Assembly (NCBI GenBank): GCA_036567085.1
Contig: DATCVG010000025.1
Location: forward strand, 1-61,103
Source of the DNA: Candidatus Methylopumilus sp.
GTDB lineage: Bacteria > Pseudomonadota > Gammaproteobacteria > Burkholderiales > Methylophilaceae
Direction: 5' to 3'
DNA length: 61,103 bases
In this document: positions 53,340 through 61,103 of the stretch, piece by piece
Numbering within the stretch: the stretch's first letter is position 1
Layout of the letters: the number at the start of each line of letters is the position of its first letter
The notes under the pieces: model-generated
Databases searched by the model: none
What the model was told of the DNA's origin: nothing
Seen by the model: only the letters and a program-made list of their open reading frames with translations
Made by a program: the position numbers and the translations under genes

Positions 53340-53416
53340 AGGCGCGTAGCTCAGCTGGTTAGAGCACCACCTTGACATGGTGGGGGTCGTTGGTTCGATT
53401 CCAATCGCGCCTACCA
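53340..53416 (+). tRNA. tRNA-Val(GAC)
   Basis: AGGCGCGTAGCTCAGCTGGTTAGAGC-A-CCACC-TT-GAC-AT-GGTGG...CGCGCCTACCA. Confidence 0.97.
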
Positions 53417-53498
53417 ATTTTTTTGCCTCATGGCTCAAGCTATCAAGAATAGAGAAAAGCTTATAAAATGATGCAATTCTTAATAACTTGATTCAACT

Positions 53499-55406
53499 AT
53501 GCCTGAAATAAGATTACCAGACGGATCTAAGCGACAATTTGAAAGTGACATTACTGTTGCAGATGTTGCACAAAATATTGGTGCAGGATTAGCCCGAGCA
53601 GCCCTTGCTGGTCGAGTCAATGATCAGTTAGTCGATCTTTCATTTGTCATTCGTGAAGATAGTGATCTTGCAATCATCACCGACAAAAATTCTGAGGGGC
53701 TTGAAGTGATTCGTCATTCAACAGCTCATCTTTTGGCATACGCTGTTAAAGAATTATTTCCAGACGCACAAGTGACGATTGGCCCTGTGATTGAACATGG
53801 GTTTTATTATGACTTTTCGTATTCGCGACCTTTCACACCAGAAGATTTAGAAAAAATTGAAAAGAAGATGACGGAAATTGCTAGTCGCGATTTACCGATC
53901 ACAAGAAAAGTATTGCCACGTAATGACGCAGTGGAATATTTCAAATCAATCAAAGAAAATTACAAGGCTGAAATTATTGAATCGATTCCTGCAGATCAAG
54001 AAGTCTCTTTATATTCCGAAGGCGAATTCACAGATCTCTGTCGCGGTCCTCATGTGCCATCGACTGGAAAATTAAAAGTATTTAAATTGATGAAAGTAGC
54101 AGGTGCTTATTGGCGCGGTGATTCTAAAAATGAAATGCTACAAAGAATCTACGGTACAGCATGGACAACTAAAGAAGACTTACAAAATCATCTCTTCATG
54201 TTAGAAGAAGCTGAAAAAAGAGATCATCGTAAATTAGGTAAGCAACTCGATTTATTTCATATGCAAGATGAAGCGCCTGGCATGGTGTTTTGGCATCCTA
54301 AGGGATGGTCGATTTGGCAAGAAGTTGAACATTACATGCGAAAGATGTTCTTGGATTTTGGGTATCAAGAAGTTAAAACACCCACGGTCATGGATAAGAC
54401 TTTGTGGGAAAAATCTGGACATTGGCAAAATTATCGCGACAACATGTTTACAACTTCATCTGAAAATAGAGATTATGCAGTGAAGCCTATGAACTGCCCT
54501 GGCCATATTCAAATCTTTAATAATGCCCTACACAGCTATCGTGAATTACCTTTAAGACTTGCGGAATTTGGTTCATGTCACCGCAACGAACCTTCAGGAT
54601 CGCTTCATGGGTTAATGCGCGTAAGAGGGTTTACTCAAGATGATGCCCATATTTTTTGTACCGAAGAACAAATTAAAGATGAAGTAGCTCAATTCATTGT
54701 CATGCTCTTTAAGGCTTACGAGGACTTTGGATTTAAGGATGTTTTAGTGAAACTATCCACTCGCCCTGAAAAACGCGTGGGTACTGATGAGATATGGGAC
54801 AAGGCAGAAACTGCCCTTAAAGCTGCTTTAGAAGAAAATAAGCTCGAATTCGACCTTCAGCCCGGCGAAGGGGCTTTTTACGGCCCAAAGATCGAATTTA
54901 CCCTAAAAGACAGTTTAAGTCGTCTTTGGCAGTGCGGTACGATCCAGCTCGATTTTAATTTACCTGAGCGTCTCGGTGCTGAATATGTCACAGAAGATAA
55001 TAGCCGTAAGCATCCCGTGATGTTACATCGAGCCATTGTAGGCTCTATGGAGCGTTTTATTGGGATTCTGATTGAGCATTACTCGGGTGCCATGCCCCTC
55101 TGGCTTGCCCCTACTCAAGCGGTTATCCTCAATATTGCCGATGCCCATGCAGACTATGCCTCAAAAGTCATGGATGAACTCAAGAAAAACCACATCCGAT
55201 GCGATTCTGACTTGAGAAATGAGAAAATAACCTATAAAATACGCGAACATAGCTTACAAAAGATTCCTTATCTCTTAATAGTAGGAGAAAAGGAAATGGA
55301 AGCTGGGCAAGTTGCCGTGCGAACCCGAAAAGGCGAAGACTTAGGATCTATGTCGATTAAGTCATTGATTGATCGACTAAATCAGGAAGTTCAAACTAAA
55401 GTCTAG
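53499..55406 (+). CDS. thrS: Threonyl-tRNA synthetase
   Basis: TGS domain, [32 protein letters not shown], anticodon domain. Confidence 0.98.
   Translation: MPEIRLPDGSKRQFESDITVADVAQNIGAGLARAALAGRVNDQLVDLSFVIREDSDLAIITDKNSEGLEVIRHSTAHLLAYAVKELFPDAQVTIGPVIEHGFYYDFSYSRPFTPEDLEKIEKKMTEIASRDLPITRKVLPRNDAVEYFKSIKENYKAEIIESIPADQEVSLYSEGEFTDLCRGPHVPSTGKLKVFKLMKVAGAYWRGDSKNEMLQRIYGTAWTTKEDLQNHLFMLEEAEKRDHRKLGKQLDLFHMQDEAPGMVFWHPKGWSIWQEVEHYMRKMFLDFGYQEVKTPTVMDKTLWEKSGHWQNYRDNMFTTSSENRDYAVKPMNCPGHIQIFNNALHSYRELPLRLAEFGSCHRNEPSGSLHGLMRVRGFTQDDAHIFCTEEQIKDEVAQFIVMLFKAYEDFGFKDVLVKLSTRPEKRVGTDEIWDKAETALKAALEENKLEFDLQPGEGAFYGPKIEFTLKDSLSRLWQCGTIQLDFNLPERLGAEYVTEDNSRKHPVMLHRAIVGSMERFIGILIEHYSGAMPLWLAPTQAVILNIADAHADYASKVMDELKKNHIRCDSDLRNEKITYKIREHSLQKIPYLLIVGEKEMEAGQVAVRTRKGEDLGSMSIKSLIDRLNQEVQTKV
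55212..55240 (+). promoter_or_regulatory. Internal promoter within thrS for infC-rpmI-rplT
   Basis: TTGAGA, 17 bp, TAAAAT in the [11 protein letters not shown] codons, the same position as the thrS-internal infC promoter of E. coli. Confidence 0.75.
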
Positions 55407-55452
55407 TCACAAGGTAGCGCGGTTTTTCTTTTATATTTACAGGGGATTTGTT

Positions 55453-56007
55453 ATCGCTCAAGAAAAAGAAGTCAGAATTAACGGGGATATTACAGCTCCA
55501 GAAATTCGATTAATTGGCTTAAACGGCGAAGCGCTTGGCATAGTGACACTAGCTGAGGCGTTTGCAAAAGCAGAAGAGATAGATATTGATTTAGTGGAAA
55601 TTGCTCCACAAGCCCAACCCCCCGTATGTCGATTACTCGATTACGGTAAGTTTAAATATGCAGAAAGTAAAAAGCAACACGAAACCCGCTTAAAACAAAA
55701 GCAGGTCAAGATTAAAGAAGTGAAGTTTAGACCAGGCACTGATGACGGTGATTACAACATCAAAATACGAAACCTCATTGGATTCCTTACCGATGGCGAT
55801 AAGGCGAAAATCACCTTACGTTTTAGAGGTCGAGAAATAACACATCAAGAATATGGATTAGCAATTCTAAAACGTGTTGAGCAAGATTTAATGGAATACG
55901 CAGTCGTCGAACAATTTCCAAAAATGGAAGGTCGACAAATGGTGATGGTTTTGGCTCCGCAAAAAAAAGCCAAAGCAAAAACCAAAGAAGCAAAAGTTTC
56001 TGAGTGA
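55453..56007 (+). CDS. infC: Translation initiation factor IF-3 (non-canonical ATC start)
   Basis: Frame extends upstream of the track's GTG as (I)[21 protein letters not shown]; SD AGGGG 7 nt before ATC 55453; [19 protein letters not shown]. Confidence 0.93.
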   Translation: MAQEKEVRINGDITAPEIRLIGLNGEALGIVTLAEAFAKAEEIDIDLVEIAPQAQPPVCRLLDYGKFKYAESKKQHETRLKQKQVKIKEVKFRPGTDDGDYNIKIRNLIGFLTDGDKAKITLRFRGREITHQEYGLAILKRVEQDLMEYAVVEQFPKMEGRQMVMVLAPQKKAKAKTKEAKVSE

Positions 56008-56059
56008 TACGGCTTAAACGGCATGCCTAAGCACTCTCAATACTCTAAAGGAGATTAAA

Positions 56060-56257
56060 ATGCCAAAAATGAAAACAAAAAGTGGCGCAAAAAAGCGCTT
56101 CAAGTTTTTAGGAAGTGGTATGGTAAAGAGAACGCGTTCTCATTTACGTCATATCTTGACCAAAAAGACAACGAAACAAAAACGTAATCTTAGAGGCACT
56201 GTCCTCATTTCAGCAACCGATATCAAACGCGTTCGCGCGATGATGCCAACTCAATAA
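56060..56257 (+). CDS. rpmI: 50S ribosomal protein L35
   Basis: [20 protein letters not shown]; SD AAGGAG. Confidence 0.98.
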   Translation: MPKMKTKSGAKKRFKFLGSGMVKRTRSHLRHILTKKTTKQKRNLRGTVLISATDIKRVRAMMPTQ

Positions 56258-56267
56258 GGAGAATAAT

Positions 56268-56630
56268 ATGCCTAGAGTAAAACGTGGTGTCACCGCTAGA
56301 GCAAAACATAAAAAAGTTTTAGCGCTTGCTAAAGGTTATCGCGGACGTCGTAAAAATGTATACCGCATAGCTAAACAAGCTGTGATGAAGGCCGGTCAGT
56401 ACGCATACCGTGACCGTCGTCAGAAAAAACGTCAATTTAGATCATTATGGATTGCGCGTATTAATGCAGCAGCTCGTGAGTGTGGGCTTACATATAGCCG
56501 TTTCATGAATGGCCTTAAGAAAGCTTCGATCGAAGTAGATCGTAAGGTATTAGCAGATATGGCAGTATTCGATAAAGCAGCTTTTGCTAAGTTCGTCGAA
56601 ATCGCTAAATCTGGTTCAGGAGCAGCATAA
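56268..56630 (+). CDS. rplT: 50S ribosomal protein L20
   Basis: [31 protein letters not shown]. Confidence 0.98.
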   Translation: MPRVKRGVTARAKHKKVLALAKGYRGRRKNVYRIAKQAVMKAGQYAYRDRRQKKRQFRSLWIARINAAARECGLTYSRFMNGLKKASIEVDRKVLADMAVFDKAAFAKFVEIAKSGSGAA

Positions 56631-56645
56631 AAAATATTAATTTTG

Positions 56646-56674
56646 AAAAGGAGGCTTCTAGCCTCCTTTTTTTT
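56646..56674 (+). terminator. Rho-independent terminator after rplT
   Basis: AAAAGGAGGCT-TCT-AGCCTCCTTTT followed by TTTT. Confidence 0.88.
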
Positions 56675-56687
56675 ATTAAAATGATAG

Positions 56688-57674
<987 letters not shown>

Positions 57675-57686
57675 AGACATTTTAAT

Positions 57687-60038
57687 ATGCAATTTTCTGA
57701 AAACTGGTTAAGGTCATACCTTCATACATCACTCGATAGTGATGCGCTTAACCACGTCATGATTATGGCAGGATTAGATGTTGATGATTCTCATCCTCTA
57801 GGAGCATCTTTTAGCCATGTTGTAGTTGGTGAGATTGTAGCTATTAAAAAACACCCTGATGCAGATCGACTTCAAGTATGTGATGTCAATATCGGTGAAA
57901 AGTCATTACAAATTGTTTGTGGTGCATCTAATGCGAGACAAGGTATTAAAGTAGCATGTGCTTTAGTAGGCGCTAAATTACCCTCGATTGATATCAAAGA
58001 AGCAAAAGTACGAGGAGTTGAATCCTTCGGTATGCTGTGCTCATTGAAGGAATTAGGATTAGCTGAAGAAGCTGATGGCATTCTAGAGCTCAACCATGAT
58101 TTAAAAAACGGTACAGATTTAAGAGTGGCGCTTGATCTTAATGATCAAATTACAACATTAAAATTAACACCTAATCGAAGTGATTGTTTAAGTGTTTGGG
58201 GTATAGCTCGAGAAGTGGCAGCTATTACTGCGTCTTCACTTTCTCCTATCCATTATGATGTTAATCTAATCAAGCAAAGCGATAAGAAAAATGTAATCGT
58301 TGAAGAAAAAGCAGCATGTCCGCGTTATTGTGGTCGCATCATTAAAAATGTAGATAACACAAAATCGTTGCCTGAATGGATGACGTCAAGACTTGAGCGT
58401 TCCAATATTAAATCTATCAGTCCTATTGTCGATATTACGAATTATGTGTTGCTTGAAATTGGACAGCCACTGCATGCATTTGACTATGAAAAATTACAAG
58501 GTGATATCGTGGTTAGATTCGCAAAGCCTGAAGAGCCGATACATCTTCTTAATGATACAAAAATTAAATTATCAAAAAAAGATTTAGTGATTGCAGATCA
58601 CTCAGGTGCAATTGCATTTGCAGGGGTGATGGGTGGGATGCCTTCATCAGTGACTGATAATACTCAAACTATTTTCTTGGAAAGTGCTTTTTTTGATCCC
58701 ATTGTGATTGCTGGTAAAGCGAGAGCATATAACTTATCTACAGACTCATCTTATCGTTTTGAACGCGGTGTAGATTTTTCCAATACACGACATGCACTAG
58801 AACGTGCAACATCTCTTATTATTGAATACTGTGGTGGAGAAGCAGGAGAGATTACAGAAGTTTTAAATGCGTTACCAAAGCGTAATGAAATTCATCTAAG
58901 ACTTAAAAAATTAAATGCTATCTTAGGTATTGAAGTTCCTAGCCAAGATGTTGAGCGAATATTTATACAATTAGGTTTTGAAGTCAATAAAACAATCGAA
59001 GGATTTAAAGTTACACCACCTTCTTATCGTTTTGATATTGCGATTGAAGAGGATCTAATTGAGGAGGTTGTACGATTATATGGCTACGATAAAATTCCTT
59101 CCCATCACCCCCTGAGCCATCAAGCGATGTTACCTACATCGGGTACTTATCATCGTGACCTTAAAGAAGCACTCACATCTCGAGGTTTTTATGAGGTAGT
59201 GACTTATAGCTTTATTGAGGATGAGGTTGAGAAATCATTACACGGAAATACCAATCCGATTCAATTACAGAATCCAATTGCAAGTCAGATGTCGACGATG
59301 CGATCATCTTTATGGGGTAGTCACCTTGAAGTTTTAACTTACAATTTAAATCGCCAAGTATCGCGTTTAAATATTTTTGAAATTGCTCAAACCTTTCATG
59401 GTTTAAAAAAAGATTTTATTGAGACCGAAGTCATATCAGGACTAAGTTACGGTAGTTTTATGCCTGAGCAGTGGGCTGAAAAAATTCGCGATATTGACTT
59501 TTATGACATAAAAGCACATGTTGAAGCTTTAACATCTAAAGTGCTCACATTTAAAAAAAGTGATAAAACTCCATCAGCGCTTCATCCAGGACAATCAGCA
59601 GAGGTCATTTTGGACGCTCAGTCGATAGGTTGGGTGGGTAAATTACATCCAAAATGGCAGCAACATTTTTCCTTCCCTAAAGCCCCCTTTATTTTTGAGT
59701 TAAAAATAGAGAGGCTTTTAGAAGACAAGATATTTAAATACGAAGAAATCTCAAAATTTCTCCCGATAAGACGTGATATTGCTGTCGTGGTGGACGACTC
59801 AGTCGAGGTGGATTCGATTTTAGATGCGGTAAATAAGGCTAAAATTCCGTTCTTAAATCATATAGCTCTATTCGATCTTTACCAAGGAAAAGGCATCGCC
59901 GAAAATAAAAAAAGTGTTGCATTTCTGATACTTATGCAGGATACTTCAAAGACCTTAGTTGATAGTGAAGCTGATTTTTCTGTATCAAAAATCGTTGAAT
60001 TACTTGAAAAACAATTTGGTGCAACGCTCCGCAACTAA
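57687..60038 (+). CDS. pheT: Phenylalanyl-tRNA synthetase beta subunit
   Basis: HPDADRL, TPNRSDCLS, SSYRFERG, EEDLIEEV, RRDIA. Confidence 0.97.
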   Translation: MQFSENWLRSYLHTSLDSDALNHVMIMAGLDVDDSHPLGASFSHVVVGEIVAIKKHPDADRLQVCDVNIGEKSLQIVCGASNARQGIKVACALVGAKLPSIDIKEAKVRGVESFGMLCSLKELGLAEEADGILELNHDLKNGTDLRVALDLNDQITTLKLTPNRSDCLSVWGIAREVAAITASSLSPIHYDVNLIKQSDKKNVIVEEKAACPRYCGRIIKNVDNTKSLPEWMTSRLERSNIKSISPIVDITNYVLLEIGQPLHAFDYEKLQGDIVVRFAKPEEPIHLLNDTKIKLSKKDLVIADHSGAIAFAGVMGGMPSSVTDNTQTIFLESAFFDPIVIAGKARAYNLSTDSSYRFERGVDFSNTRHALERATSLIIEYCGGEAGEITEVLNALPKRNEIHLRLKKLNAILGIEVPSQDVERIFIQLGFEVNKTIEGFKVTPPSYRFDIAIEEDLIEEVVRLYGYDKIPSHHPLSHQAMLPTSGTYHRDLKEALTSRGFYEVVTYSFIEDEVEKSLHGNTNPIQLQNPIASQMSTMRSSLWGSHLEVLTYNLNRQVSRLNIFEIAQTFHGLKKDFIETEVISGLSYGSFMPEQWAEKIRDIDFYDIKAHVEALTSKVLTFKKSDKTPSALHPGQSAEVILDAQSIGWVGKLHPKWQQHFSFPKAPFIFELKIERLLEDKIFKYEEISKFLPIRRDIAVVVDDSVEVDSILDAVNKAKIPFLNHIALFDLYQGKGIAENKKSVAFLILMQDTSKTLVDSEADFSVSKIVELLEKQFGATLRN

Positions 60039-60073
60039 TCCCATATTTAATACCGATTTAAAAGTAGGCCGTT

Positions 60074-60376
60074 ATGACATTAACTAAAGCAGATTTATCA
60101 GAAATACTATTTGACCGTGTAGGTTTAAATAAGCGTGAAGCCAAAGATATGGTAGAAGCCTTTTTTGAAGAAATTCGAATTGCACTTGAAAATGGCGACA
60201 CTATCAAATTATCTGGTTTTGGTAATTTTGAATTAAGAAAAAAATCAGAAAGACCAGGTCGCAATCCTAAAACGGGCGAAGAGATCCCTATCAAAGCAAG
60301 ACGTGTAGTGACTTTTCACGCAAGTCAAAAACTAAAAAGCAATGTAGAAGAGAACTACTCTGGAAAGAAAGCTTAA
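60074..60376 (+). CDS. ihfA: Integration host factor alpha subunit
   Basis: [36 protein letters not shown]. Confidence 0.97.
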   Translation: MTLTKADLSEILFDRVGLNKREAKDMVEAFFEEIRIALENGDTIKLSGFGNFELRKKSERPGRNPKTGEEIPIKARRVVTFHASQKLKSNVEENYSGKKA

Positions 60377-60800
60377 ATCCCCCGTCTTACCTGAAATACC
60401 TTCTAAGAGATATTTTGCAATCGGAGAGGTAAGTGAGCTTTGTCTCGTCAAGGCACATGTGCTTCGATATTGGGAGCAGGAGTTTGATCAACTCAAAGAC
60501 ATCAAACGACGCGGCAATCGACGTTATTATCAATTACCTGAAGTGCTTCTCATTCGTAAAATTAGAGAGCTCCTTCATGATGAAGGCTTTACAATTCAAG
60601 GGGCTAAACAGCGACTTAAAGATAAAAATTTTGTTAAGGAAGTAAAGCAAGCTGAGCCTCCTAGAGAATTTCAAGTGACCAAGCAGGGTCAAGTTGAATT
60701 GCCTTTAGAAAATCTCAACCAATCCAATTCTCTTGCTGGTCTTAATATCAAATCGATTAAAGACGAATTGCTCAGTATTATCGAGCTACTTAAAAAGTAA
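60360..60800 (+). CDS. MerR-family transcriptional regulator (probable CTG start)
   Basis: In-frame extension (L)[41 protein letters not shown]...RRGNRRYY restores the HTH; conserved ihfA-merR-tRNA-Pro synteny. Confidence 0.85.
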   Translation: MERKLKSPVLPEIPSKRYFAIGEVSELCLVKAHVLRYWEQEFDQLKDIKRRGNRRYYQLPEVLLIRKIRELLHDEGFTIQGAKQRLKDKNFVKEVKQAEPPREFQVTKQGQVELPLENLNQSNSLAGLNIKSIKDELLSIIELLKK

Positions 60801-60820
60801 TTCATCATTGTTTTAGTTTT

Positions 60821-60897
60821 CGGGGCGTAGCGCAGCCTGGTAGCGTACTTGCATGGGGTGCAAGGGGTCGTGAGTTCGAATCTCACCGCTCCGACCA
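60821..60897 (+). tRNA. tRNA-Pro(GGG)
   Basis: CGGGGCGTAGCGCAGCCTGGTAGCG...CTTGC-AT-GGG-GT-GCAAG...CGCTCCGACCA. Confidence 0.97.
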
Positions 60898-61103
60898 ATT
60901 AAAGCGATGAATTAGTTTTCAAAAATAGATTTCTTAGCCTTATAATTTTCATACATCTATAAAATCTAGTAATTCGTTCCGGGTGAGTCATTATAAAAAT
61001 CAATCAACCTTATCAGAATAAAACTTCATCGAAGCATCATGGTTCGATATTAAATAACCTGTGGGTGAGTTTTTTCTTTATCGCTTTTTTAAGTGCATTA
61101 TGG

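Noticed and set aside
53247-53438. 63-aa minus-strand ORF (and likewise 60689..60898)
   Set aside because: Antisense to tRNA-Val and tRNA-Pro respectively; typical spurious tRNA shadow ORFs.
53417-53498. E. coli-type thrS operator mimicking tRNA-Thr
   Set aside because: The 82-bp AT-rich spacer shows no convincing anticodon-like stem-loops.
59917-59945. Possible ihfA promoter inside pheT (TTGCAT-17-GATACT)
   Set aside because: Position is plausible but the -10 match is weak; not supportable from sequence alone.
60898-61103. AT-rich region after tRNA-Pro as a possible island boundary; GGGTGAGT repeated at 60981 and 61063; possible minus-strand ORF end at 61037
   Set aside because: No integrase, tRNA 3' duplication or recognisable protein within the window; an 8-bp repeat can be chance; too little sequence to judge.

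Overview
AT-rich, very gene-dense core-genome segment of a streamlined betaproteobacterium, most consistent with a freshwater Methylophilaceae member such as 'Ca. Methylopumilus' (inferred from gene order, compaction and protein style; not proven). It holds the 5' end of purL, feoAB with a Fur box, the yciB-yciI-bolA-PPIase cluster, PHP-S2P-trpS-scpA-scpB-rluB, dapD-arsC-like-dapE-prmB, kup and xseA. Next come dsbB-cysM-exonuclease-rlmD-YkuD-yhhQ-nagZ, yccA, tadA, purB-wrbA-DUF2069-surE-nlpD, rlmJ and udg-tautomerase-uvrC-pgsA-tRNA(Gly,Cys,Leu). The rest is rpfE-like-recJ, tpiA-secG-tRNA-Leu-nuoA-N, tRNA-Val and thrS-infC-rpmI-rplT-pheST-ihfA-merR-tRNA-Pro. I see no mobile element, prophage, CRISPR array or defence island, and no clear-cut new system; all findings are hypotheses. 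The best leads are: (1) a signal-peptide-less YkuD protein (ElsL-like), a YhhQ transporter and NagZ packed together as a possible cell-wall recycling module; (2) two non-canonical start codons in one gene cluster (infC ATC, merR CTG); (3) a TPI with substitutions in normally invariant phosphate-site motifs; (4) a 59-aa tautomerase missed by the ORF track; (5) candidate regulatory structures around infC.
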